Positions 42,218 through 50,193 of a DNA stretch of 64,000 bases are shown here, piece after piece; within the stretch, counting starts at the first letter, position 1, and each line of letters starts with the position of its first letter. Under the pieces are notes generated by a model. It was not told where the DNA came from. It saw nothing but the letters and a program-made list of their open reading frames with translations, and did not search any database. A program made the translations under genes and the position numbers. The stretch comes from an uncultured Acidimicrobiia bacterium (GTDB lineage Bacteria; Actinomycetota; Acidimicrobiia; Spongiisociales; UBA5794), in the NCBI GenBank assembly GCA_963792405.1, contig CAWBVU010000006.1:410325-474324 (forward strand), read 5' to 3'.

Positions 42218-42463
42218 ATGAACATCTTCGTCGGCAATTTGCCATTTACCGCCTCCGAGTCGGATCTCCGAGGCCTGTTCGCCGAATACGGCGATATCGA
42301 ATCCGTCGCGATCATCTCCGACCGCGACACCGGACGCTCACGTGGGTTCGGCTTCGTCGAGCTCGCCGCTGATGCCCGCGCCAATGACGCGATCCGCGAC
42401 CTGGACGGCACCAGCCTCGATGGTCGCAACATCAACGTCAACCAGGCCAAGCCACGTTCGTGA
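42218..42463 (+). CDS. RRM-domain (RNP-1) RNA-binding protein
   Basis: RNP-2 IFVGNL and RNP-1 RGFGFVE motifs; 81 aa; AAGGAAG RBS; long (over 200 nt) upstream untranslated region. Confidence 0.8.
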   Translation: MNIFVGNLPFTASESDLRGLFAEYGDIESVAIISDRDTGRSRGFGFVELAADARANDAIRDLDGTSLDGRNINVNQAKPRS

Positions 42464-42639
42464 CGACCGACCAAGGCCGGGACGACGCCCCGTCGTCGGA
42501 GCTGTCCACCTGCACTCGCTGTGGGATGGAGCTTCGGACGACAGAGCTGTGGGCCCACACGGCCCACGCTCACAACATCGACCTCGACGCCAAGAAGCCG
42601 AAGAGCAAGGGCAAGGGACGCGATCGGGGAGGACGTTGA
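42460..42639 (+). CDS. small C2H2-like zinc-finger protein with Lys/Arg-rich tail (59 aa)
   Basis: GTG start overlapping the rbp stop (GTGA); C-x2-C-x11-H-x2-H-x-H pattern then KKPKSKGKGRDRGGR; coding status inferred from coupling and codon usage. Confidence 0.45.
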   Translation: MTTDQGRDDAPSSELSTCTRCGMELRTTELWAHTAHAHNIDLDAKKPKSKGKGRDRGGR

Positions 42640-42827
42640 TGCTCAATGGCCTCCTCCAGCACACGCCCTGCATCATCACGACGATCGACGGTGACTCGGT
42701 CACCGGCGTCTACGGCGGGATCGAGACACGACATGGTGACTGGGCGGTGCTCGTCCGTAGGGAGACCGACACGCTCAGCATCCCCGTCGAATCCATCAGG
42801 GCGGCGTCCCGAGCCACCCGCGCCTAG
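42639..42827 (+). CDS. small hypothetical protein (62 aa)
   Basis: ATG overlaps the preceding stop (ATGA); no recognisable domain. Confidence 0.4.
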   Translation: MLNGLLQHTPCIITTIDGDSVTGVYGGIETRHGDWAVLVRRETDTLSIPVESIRAASRATRA

Positions 42828-42870
42828 TCACCGACGTCGGAGCTGCGGTGCGGGAGGCGTCTCGCTTCCT

Positions 42871-42889
42871 TCTCCCCCTTTGGGGGAGA
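42871..42889 (+). terminator. hairpin TCTCCCCC-TTT-GGGGGAGA downstream of the three-gene mini-operon
   Basis: 8-bp GC-rich stem, 3-nt loop, 44 nt after the stop at 42827. Confidence 0.5.
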
Positions 42890-42960
42890 TGCCCGGTAGG
42901 GCAGAGGGGGGAGTGCGGTGCGGGAGGCGTCTCGTCGCGGTGCGCGCTGTCAGTACTGCG

Positions 42961-43065
42961 GCCCTCTCTGCGTCGCTTCGCTCCGCGTCTCTCCCGCGGG
43001 GAGAGACGGAGCAGGGTGCCCTCTCTGCGTCGCTGCGCTCCGCGTCTCTCCCGCGGGGAGAGACG
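42961..43065 (+). repeat. two tandem about 57-nt units each containing a 10-bp hairpin CGTCTCTCCC-GCG-GGGAGAGACG
   Basis: Units GCCCTCTCTGCGTCGCT(T/G)CGCTCCGCGTCTCTCCCGCGGGGAGAGACG at about 42961-43008 and 43018-43065; an additional 22-nt direct repeat GTGCGGTGCGGGAGGCGTCTCG at about 42843 and 42913. Confidence 0.6.
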
Positions 43066-43275
43066 ACGAACGGCGGTCGCTCCTCGCGTCCGTTCGATCC
43101 TCGGTCGTGGCGAACGATCTTCATCTGCGCCCCACAGCGGCGTGTCGCCCGCGTAGCCTCGGGTTGACGGCCCTGTGTCGGCCGCTGTCCACACACAGGC
43201 CCGGGCATGCTCGGTGCCTCCGTGCGGACACGGGTCGGCGGGGCACGCGAAGAAACGGGAGAGGAAAGGGGAACC

Positions 43276-45837
43276 ATGTCCCTCCAGCGAATCCATCGAA
43301 CGCGGCGCGTTCGAGTCGTCCTCACGGTCGTGGCGGTGCTCGCCGCACTGCTCGTCCTGGCTGCGCCGTCGGCGCAGGCAGAGCCGCCGGACGGCTATGA
43401 CACCGCCACGTTCACCCTGACCATCCTGCACAACAACGACGGCGAGTCGCAGCTCGTGAATGCAGGTAGCGGCATCGAGACGTACGGGGGCGCCGCGCGG
43501 TTCGATGCGCTCGTCGACGCCCGCCGGACGGCCCAGGCGGGCCTCACCGACGGGGTGCTGATGGTGTCGTCCGGTGACAACTTCCTCGCGGGACCGGAGT
43601 TCAATCTGGGCCTCGAGAATTTCCTCGCGACGGGAGAGCCGTTCTACGACACCGTGGCCATGGCGCTGATCGGCTACGACGCCGTCGCACTCGGCAACCA
43701 CGACTTCGACTTCGGTCCCGAGGTCCTCGCGGACTTCCTCACCGGGTACCAGACGCCGCCGACGGGCTACGTGGGACCCTATGTCACGCCGCCCTACGTC
43801 TCGGCGAACCTGGACTTCGTGGGTGAGCCGACGCTCAACGCGCTCGTCGATCCCCTCGGACCGATCACGACGGCGGTCGACCCGCTGAGGCCGATCGCCA
43901 AGAGCACGATCGTGAGCTCGGGAGGCGTCGATATCGGGTTCATCGGCCTCGAGACCCCGAACCTCGCCTCCATCTCGAGCCCGAGGAACGTGGCGATCGA
44001 CAGGGCGATCGTGAGCGTCGTCCAGGCGCAGGTGACCGCACTCGACGGCCTCGGCGTCGACCACATCGTGCTGTTGAGCCACCTCCAGGACATCGACAAC
44101 GAGAAGAGCCTGATCGCCCAGGTCACGGGCCTCGACGTGGTCGTCGCAGGTGGCGGTGACGAGCTGCTCGCCAATGCCGGCGACACGCTCATCCCCGGCG
44201 ACACCGCGGTGGACACGTATCCCGTGTGGCAGCAGGACGCAGCAGACGTCTACGTCCCGATCGTCACCACGTCCGGTGAGTACAAGTACCTCGGACAGCT
44301 CGAGGTTGGCTTCGACGCCGCCGGTGCGGTCGTGGGGGTCGGGCCGAACAGCGGCCCGCTCGTCGTGTCGACCGCTGCGGGCAACGACGCCGACATGCAG
44401 ACGTGGGTCGTCGATCCCGTCGTCGCAGGACTGGACGTCCTCGCCTCCACCAAGGTGGCGACGAGCCAGGTCGACCTCGACGGCCGTCGCGACTCGGTGC
44501 GCTTCATGGAGACGAATGAGGGCAACCTGATCGCCGACAGCCAGCTCTGGCAGGCGAAGAAGATCGCTGCCGACTTCGGCGCGAAGGCGCCGGACGTCGC
44601 CCTCCAGAACGGCGGCGGCATCAGGAACAACACCATCATCTCGGCCGGTGACCTCACCGTGCTCGACACGTTCGACATGGTGCCGTTCCCGAACTTCGTC
44701 ACAGTCGTCGAGGACGTGCCGATCGCCCAGTTCAAGGAGATCCTCGAGAACGCGGTCTCGGCCGTGGATGGGCTCTCCGGCGGCACCGGGCGGTTCGCAC
44801 AGGTCGCGGGCTTCTCCATGACCTACAACCCGTCGGCGCAGGCGCAGGTCGTCAATGACGCGGGGTTCGTGCTGAAGCCCGGCATGCGCATCCAGGACGT
44901 CAAGCTCGACGACGGTACGGTGCTCGTCAAGGACGGCGCGCTCATGCCGGCCACGAAGCCGAGCGTGAGCATCGCGATCGTCGACTTCCTCGCTCGCGGC
45001 GGTGATCAGTATCCGTTCAGGAACGCACCCTTCAAGGTGCTCGGTGTTTCGTACCAGCAGGCACTCCAGAACTACCTGGAGATGCTCGGCACGGTGACCG
45101 CGGCGGACTACCCGGAGGGTGGCGAGGGCAGGATCACCCTGTCCGGTGCCCAGGTCGGGCTCGTTGACACGAGCACCGGCGTGTGGACGCTCGGCGGTGA
45201 CGCCTTCTACTACGGCAACCCCGGCGATGTGCCGTTCGTGGGTGACTGGGACTGCAATGGCACGTCGACACCGGGCCTGTACCGGCAATCGGACGGATTC
45301 GCCTACCTGAGGAACTCGAACACACAGGGCACAGCGGACCTGACGTTCTTCTTCGGGAACCCGGGCGACGTGCCGATCGCCGGCGACTTCGACGGTGACG
45401 GATGTGACACGCTGTCGATCTATCGCCCGTCGAACCAGACGTTCTACATCATCAACGAGCTCGGAAAGGACGGTGGGGGCCTCGGCGCCGCCGACTTCAG
45501 CTTCGTGTTCGGTGATCCGGGAGATGAGCCCTTCGTCGGCGATCTCGACGGTGACGGGATCGACGAGGTCGCCCTTCACCGTGACACGACCGGTCTGGTC
45601 TACTACCGGACCACGCTGACGACCGGGGCGGCGAACGTCTCGTTCATCTGGGGCGACCCCGCGGACACGGTGTTCGCAGGTGACTGGAACGGCGACGGCA
45701 CCGACACGGTCGGATTGTTGCGGGCATCGAACTCCACGTTCTACTACCGCAACACCAACACCCAGGGCGTGGCGGACGGCAGCAGCGTGCTCACCGGGGG
45801 CGCCACCGGCGTTCCGGTGGTGGGGCGGTTCGGCTGA
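43276..45837 (+). CDS. secreted bifunctional 5'-nucleotidase / 2',3'-cyclic-nucleotide phosphodiesterase (UshA-like) with C-terminal FG-GAP/VCBS-like repeats
   Basis: Signal peptide; metallophosphoesterase motifs ILHNNDGES, GNHDFDFG; 5'-nucleotidase C-terminal domain; about 250-aa C-terminal region with 5 repeats of FxxGNPGDxPxxGDWDGDGxDTxGLYR. Confidence 0.85.
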   Translation: MSLQRIHRTRRVRVVLTVVAVLAALLVLAAPSAQAEPPDGYDTATFTLTILHNNDGESQLVNAGSGIETYGGAARFDALVDARRTAQAGLTDGVLMVSSGDNFLAGPEFNLGLENFLATGEPFYDTVAMALIGYDAVALGNHDFDFGPEVLADFLTGYQTPPTGYVGPYVTPPYVSANLDFVGEPTLNALVDPLGPITTAVDPLRPIAKSTIVSSGGVDIGFIGLETPNLASISSPRNVAIDRAIVSVVQAQVTALDGLGVDHIVLLSHLQDIDNEKSLIAQVTGLDVVVAGGGDELLANAGDTLIPGDTAVDTYPVWQQDAADVYVPIVTTSGEYKYLGQLEVGFDAAGAVVGVGPNSGPLVVSTAAGNDADMQTWVVDPVVAGLDVLASTKVATSQVDLDGRRDSVRFMETNEGNLIADSQLWQAKKIAADFGAKAPDVALQNGGGIRNNTIISAGDLTVLDTFDMVPFPNFVTVVEDVPIAQFKEILENAVSAVDGLSGGTGRFAQVAGFSMTYNPSAQAQVVNDAGFVLKPGMRIQDVKLDDGTVLVKDGALMPATKPSVSIAIVDFLARGGDQYPFRNAPFKVLGVSYQQALQNYLEMLGTVTAADYPEGGEGRITLSGAQVGLVDTSTGVWTLGGDAFYYGNPGDVPFVGDWDCNGTSTPGLYRQSDGFAYLRNSNTQGTADLTFFFGNPGDVPIAGDFDGDGCDTLSIYRPSNQTFYIINELGKDGGGLGAADFSFVFGDPGDEPFVGDLDGDGIDEVALHRDTTGLVYYRTTLTTGAANVSFIWGDPADTVFAGDWNGDGTDTVGLLRASNSTFYYRNTNTQGVADGSSVLTGGATGVPVVGRFG

Positions 45838-45889
45838 TCCGTTCGCACCGACAGAAACGCCCCTCGGCACCAGCGGTGGGGTGACATAC

Positions 45890-45916
45890 GGGGCCCGGTT
45901 CACTGAACCGGGCCCC
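45890..45916. terminator. palindromic hairpin GGGGCCCGGTTCA-C-TGAACCGGGCCCC between convergent genes (putative bidirectional terminator)
   Basis: Near-perfect 11-13-bp inverted repeat in the 85-nt gap between the 5'-nucleotidase stop and the PPOX stop. Confidence 0.55.
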
Positions 45917-45922
45917 CTCGCG

Positions 45923-46339
45923 TCAACGGTCCGTAGCCGACCAGCCGGCCAGCCCATCGATCGAGAAGGCGAGCACGGTGTGGACCGCCGCATCGGTGGC
46001 GTATGCCGGATATCTGTCCGCGAGCACGTCACGCCACATAGCCGGGTCGTCCTCTCCGACGAAGGTGAGGTCGGCACGAACCCACCACAGCGCCTCCCAG
46101 TCGTCGGACCGCCCGTCGACGAGCAGCGATGCCCTCGGGTCGGCTTCCAGGTTTGACGTCCGCCTCAGCCGCAGCGACGCCTTCGATTTGATGGTGTCGA
46201 TCGGGATGGCAAGGCGGTCACCGTCGATGGCGAACACGACGGGTACGAGATGCGCGCCGCGTACCGGGTCCACCGTGCCGAGGACACCGAATCGGCACGA
46301 GGCGATCCTCACCATGCACGCGGCGGAGTCGAGTCGCAT
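45923..46339 (-). CDS. PPOX-class probable F420-dependent enzyme (pyridoxamine-5'-phosphate-oxidase-like split barrel)
   Basis: Motifs LGTVDP..GAHLVPVVFA and WWVRADL; only the C-terminal 138 codons of the long ORF 45923..47671 are credible; start ATG MRLDSAAC (alternative MVRIAS at 46315). Confidence 0.7.
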   Translation of the reverse strand: MRLDSAACMVRIASCRFGVLGTVDPVRGAHLVPVVFAIDGDRLAIPIDTIKSKASLRLRRTSNLEADPRASLLVDGRSDDWEALWWVRADLTFVGEDDPAMWRDVLADRYPAYATDAAVHTVLAFSIDGLAGWSATDR

Positions 46340-46414
46340 GCGGCAGACGGTACCGACTCGGGTAGCGTGTGCTCTCGATCCGACCGTTTCGAGTCGTGAG
46401 GAGGTGCGTCGCGG

Positions 46415-47719
46415 ATGGTGGGGCTGACCGTCCTCGTGGTGCTGTTCATCGTGTACGCAGTGTTCTCGCGCCGGATGGAGCGAAGCCCGATCACCGGACC
46501 GATCGTCTTCACCGCAGCAGGCCTGCTCGCCGGCCTCGAACTCATCGGTGGGGGCACCGCCATCGAGACCCTCGAACTGGGGCTCGAGAGTGAGGTCATC
46601 CAGGGATTCCTCGAAGCCACACTCGCGGTCATCCTGTTCTCGGACGCCGTCATGATCGACACCCCGGCAGTGCGCAGGGAGGCCTTCCTCCCGGGCCGCC
46701 TGCTCGGCATCGGACTCCCTCTGACCATCCTCGTCGGCACGCTGGCGGTCTTCCCGATCCTTCCCGGCGTGTCGTTCTGGCCGGCGGTGGTCCTCGCGGT
46801 CGTGCTTGCACCGACCGATGCGGCCCTCGGGCAGGCTGTGGTGGCCAATCCCGGTGTGCCGGGTACGGTGCGGCAGGGACTGGTCGTCGAGAGCGGGCTC
46901 AACGACGGGATGGTCGTGCCCGCGCTCGCCGTCGCCCTGGCCGCCGCCGCGGGTGAGATGCAGTCCGCGGGCGAGATCGTCGGCGTCTTCGTCGAGGAGA
47001 TCGGCCTCGCCGTGGTCGTGGGCGTCGCCGTGGGATGGGTGGGGGCGAAGGTCGTGCGGTGGTCGAGCGAACGTGGATGGATGGCGCGCGAAGGTCGCCA
47101 GGTCATCCTGCTGTTCCTCGCCTTCCTGTGCTATCTGGCAGCCGACCCGGTCGGAGGGTCTGGCTTCATTGCGGCCTTCGTGGGTGGACTGACGTTTGGC
47201 TATCAACTCAGGCGCGTGTACCCCGATATGTCGCACTTCTCGGAGGGGGTCGGGCACCTGATGACGATGTTCGCCTTCTTCATCTTCGGGGGACTCGTCC
47301 TCGCCCCGTACATCGAGGTCGTGACCTGGCGGATCGTGCTCTACGCGGTCGTGAGCCTGACGGTCGTTCGGATGATCCCCGTCGCGATCTCCCTCATCGG
47401 CACCGGGCTGTCGATCCCCACACAGATGTACGTCGGCTGGTTCGGACCGAGGGGTCTCGCCTCGCTCGTGTTCCTGGGCACGGTCGTCGTCCAGGCCGCC
47501 CCCGACGATGCCCCCGAGATCATTGCGACAGGCGCCACCGCCGTTGGCCTCTCCGTGCTCCTCCATGGCCTCACGGCATGGCCGCTGTCGCAGTGGTATG
47601 CGGCATGGTGGGCCAGGGAGAAGGACACCGGTACCGCCGAGGGGATGGCTGAGGCGCATGCCGCCGAACACATCCCGACCCGTCGCCTCGAGGGGCGGAT
47701 GCGTCCCCCGATGGAGTGA
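46415..47719 (+). CDS. cation:proton antiporter (CPA1 Na+/H+ exchanger family)
   Basis: 434 aa, about 12 TM helices, motif VVESGLNDGMVVP (NhaP-type). Confidence 0.85.
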   Translation: MVGLTVLVVLFIVYAVFSRRMERSPITGPIVFTAAGLLAGLELIGGGTAIETLELGLESEVIQGFLEATLAVILFSDAVMIDTPAVRREAFLPGRLLGIGLPLTILVGTLAVFPILPGVSFWPAVVLAVVLAPTDAALGQAVVANPGVPGTVRQGLVVESGLNDGMVVPALAVALAAAAGEMQSAGEIVGVFVEEIGLAVVVGVAVGWVGAKVVRWSSERGWMAREGRQVILLFLAFLCYLAADPVGGSGFIAAFVGGLTFGYQLRRVYPDMSHFSEGVGHLMTMFAFFIFGGLVLAPYIEVVTWRIVLYAVVSLTVVRMIPVAISLIGTGLSIPTQMYVGWFGPRGLASLVFLGTVVVQAAPDDAPEIIATGATAVGLSVLLHGLTAWPLSQWYAAWWAREKDTGTAEGMAEAHAAEHIPTRRLEGRMRPPME

Positions 47720-47722
47720 TCG

Positions 47723-49393
47723 CTACGCCGCGCCGGTGGGCGAGTAGGCCGAGCCGATTGCCGGACGCTGATCGGGTTCACCCTTGGCTGGCCACATCGA
47801 CATCGCTCGCTCCGACATGGCGGTGATCGTGAGGGAGGGGTTCACGCCGAGGTTGGCCCCGATGGCGGAGCCGTCGACGACGTGGAGGCCCTGGTGGCCG
47901 AAGACCCTGTGGTACGCGTCGATCACGCCGTCGTCCGAGGTCGCGCCGATCGGTGCGCCGCCGAGGATGTGCGCAGTGGTGGGCGTGTCGAAGAGTGCCT
48001 CGTTCACGGCACCCATGGCGATGCCGTCCATCTCTTCCGCGGCGAAGCGGGCGGCGAGATTTGCCGCGGGTATGTAGGTCGGATTCGGCTCGCCGTGGCC
48101 GGGCTCCGTCGTGAGTCGGGTCCGGAGGAATCCCCGCGTGCGGACGAGGCGGATGCTGTTGTCCCTGCTCTGCATCACGAGCAGGATCACGCTGCGCTCG
48201 GACCAATGCCACACGGACAGGGATCGGAGGAAGGTCACGGGATGGCGCACGACCTCGGCGAGGAACCTGAACTGGCGCGGCATGCCCTGCCCGCCGTCGA
48301 CGATGAGGGTCGAGATCAAGCCGAGGGCATTCGAGCCCCGTCCGTACCTCACGGGCTCGATGTGGGTGTCTGCGGTGGGGTGGATCGACGAGGTGATCGC
48401 CACGCCCGTCGAGTAGTCGACATCCCTGCGTCGTGCGACGGCGCCCACGAGCGCCTCGCTGTTCGTGCGGGTCTGGTACCCGAGGCGAGGGGAGAGGCCG
48501 GGGAGTCTTCCCCGTTCGCCGAGCTCGAGGAGCAGCCGTGTGGTCCCCAGCGCGCCGGCAGAGAAGACGACATCGTGCGCGGTGACGCGCATGCGCCTCC
48601 TCGACAGGCCGGGGGGCTTCGCCGTGACGAGCCATCGATCACCGATGCGTTCGAGGTCCACGACTTCGTGCTCCGCCCTGATGTCGGCACCCGCGCGTTC
48701 GGCGAACCAGAGGTAGTTCTTGTCGAGCGTGTTCTTGGCATTGTGGCGGCACCCCACCATGCAGTTCCCGCAGCCGATGCATCCGCTCCTGGCGGGACCC
48801 TCGCCCGCGAAGTACGGGTCATCGACCTCCACGCCCGGCTCCCCGAAGAACACGGCGACCGGCGTCGGTCGGTACGTGTCGGTGACACCCATGCGGCGGG
48901 CGATCGCACGGATCACGCCGTCGGCGGGAGTGTCGTGCGGGTTGTCCGTGACGCCGAGCATCGCGCGGGCGGTTGCGAACCACGGCGCGAGTTCGGACCT
49001 CCAGTCGGTGATGTCGTTCCACTGCGGATCCTCGTAGAACGCGTCGTGTGGTTCGAAGTGGGTGTTGGCATAGACGAGGGATCCCCCTCCGACGCCGCTC
49101 CCGGACAGCACCAACACGTGGCGCAGCAGGGAGAGGCGTTGGATGCCCTTCATACCGAGCCGCGGGAACCACAGCGACTTCCACACGTGCCAGTTCGTGT
49201 GGGGGAAGTCCTCGGCTTCCCATCGCCTGCCCGCCTCGAGGACGCACACCGAGTAGCCCTTCTCCGTGAGGCGATGCGCCGCGACGCTGCCGCCGAAGCC
49301 GGATCCGATGATGAGGACGTCGAAGTGTTCCGGGGTCGCCACGCCGACAGCGTAGACCCGTGGGATGGCCGTCAGATGACGGCGGAACCCCAC
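47723..49393 (-). CDS. GMC family oxidoreductase (cholesterol-oxidase-like)
   Basis: N-terminal FAD-binding DVLIIGSGFGGS, C-terminal GMC signature region; GTG start chosen (VGFRRHLTAIP), no in-frame ATG nearby. Confidence 0.8.
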   Translation of the reverse strand: MGFRRHLTAIPRVYAVGVATPEHFDVLIIGSGFGGSVAAHRLTEKGYSVCVLEAGRRWEAEDFPHTNWHVWKSLWFPRLGMKGIQRLSLLRHVLVLSGSGVGGGSLVYANTHFEPHDAFYEDPQWNDITDWRSELAPWFATARAMLGVTDNPHDTPADGVIRAIARRMGVTDTYRPTPVAVFFGEPGVEVDDPYFAGEGPARSGCIGCGNCMVGCRHNAKNTLDKNYLWFAERAGADIRAEHEVVDLERIGDRWLVTAKPPGLSRRRMRVTAHDVVFSAGALGTTRLLLELGERGRLPGLSPRLGYQTRTNSEALVGAVARRRDVDYSTGVAITSSIHPTADTHIEPVRYGRGSNALGLISTLIVDGGQGMPRQFRFLAEVVRHPVTFLRSLSVWHWSERSVILLVMQSRDNSIRLVRTRGFLRTRLTTEPGHGEPNPTYIPAANLAARFAAEEMDGIAMGAVNEALFDTPTTAHILGGAPIGATSDDGVIDAYHRVFGHQGLHVVDGSAIGANLGVNPSLTITAMSERAMSMWPAKGEPDQRPAIGSAYSPTGAA

Positions 49394-50085
49394 ACGGGCA
49401 CCATGGCCCCGTTGATCACCTTGGACCTCGTGCTCGCGACGAAGTCGATGACCTGGGCGATCTCCTCCGGCTGTGGCCAGTTGACGTAGTCGGCGTAGGG
49501 CAGGGCCGCTCTCGTCGCATTCGTGTTGATCACCGAGGGGAGCAGCGCATTGCAGGTGGTGTTCGTGTCGAGGAGCTCGATCGCGATCGAGCGGGCAAGC
49601 GCGAGCACTCCGGCCTTGGCGACGTTGTAGGCGGCCTGGCCCGCAGGGGCATCGATCGCGTGCTTGGAGCCCATCAGGATGATGCGGCCCCACTCCTGCG
49701 ACATCAGTGGGATCGCCACCCTCGCCGTGTTCCAGGCTGTCCGCAGGTTCAGGTCGAGCATCCGGTCGAGCCTCACGTCATCGGTCTCGACCACGTCCCT
49801 GCCACCCGACCAACCTCCGACGAGTGATGCCATCACATTGATCGGGCCGAAGGCATCCACCGTCTCCCCCATGAAGTCACCCACCGCGGCGGCGTCCGTG
49901 CAGTCGACCCTCCTTAGGATCAGTCGATCCTCCTCGAGGTCGATCTCCTCCTCGAGTGCGGTGGCCTCCTCCGGGAGGAGGTACGTCGCCGCGACCTTGA
50001 AGTCACGGGCGATGAGCATCGGGATGAGGCACCGCCCCACGGAACCGGTGCCGCCGGGGACGATCGCAACGAGGGAAGCAGCCAT
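49372..50085 (-). CDS. SDR family oxidoreductase
   Basis: TGGTGSVG Rossmann motif and YNVAK catalytic motif; its 3' end overlaps the GMC gene start by about 22 nt. Confidence 0.8.
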   Translation of the reverse strand: MAASLVAIVPGGTGSVGRCLIPMLIARDFKVAATYLLPEEATALEEEIDLEEDRLILRRVDCTDAAAVGDFMGETVDAFGPINVMASLVGGWSGGRDVVETDDVRLDRMLDLNLRTAWNTARVAIPLMSQEWGRIILMGSKHAIDAPAGQAAYNVAKAGVLALARSIAIELLDTNTTCNALLPSVINTNATRAALPYADYVNWPQPEEIAQVIDFVASTRSKVINGAMVPVWGSAVI

Positions 50086-50193
50086 GACGCCACACTAGCG
50101 GTGACCGGTGTGCCATCCGTGTACCGAGACGACCTCGTCGGAAGATGGTACGCTCAGGTCCGTCGCTGATCCTGACCACGGAGGAGCTCGAAG

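Noticed and set aside
42961-43065. Possible CRISPR array
   Set aside because: Only two repeat copies, 57-nt period, units are hairpins with no spacer-like unique inserts, and no cas genes nearby.
42796-46077. 1093-aa minus-strand ORF
   Set aside because: Antisense to the well-supported 5'-nucleotidase gene, with low-complexity Arg/Gly/Asp translation; an artefact of GC-rich sequence lacking stop codons.
45923-47671. 582-aa minus-strand ORF
   Set aside because: Only the C-terminal 138 codons (PPOX F420 enzyme) are credible. The N-terminal 440 aa are antisense to the Na+/H+ antiporter gene.
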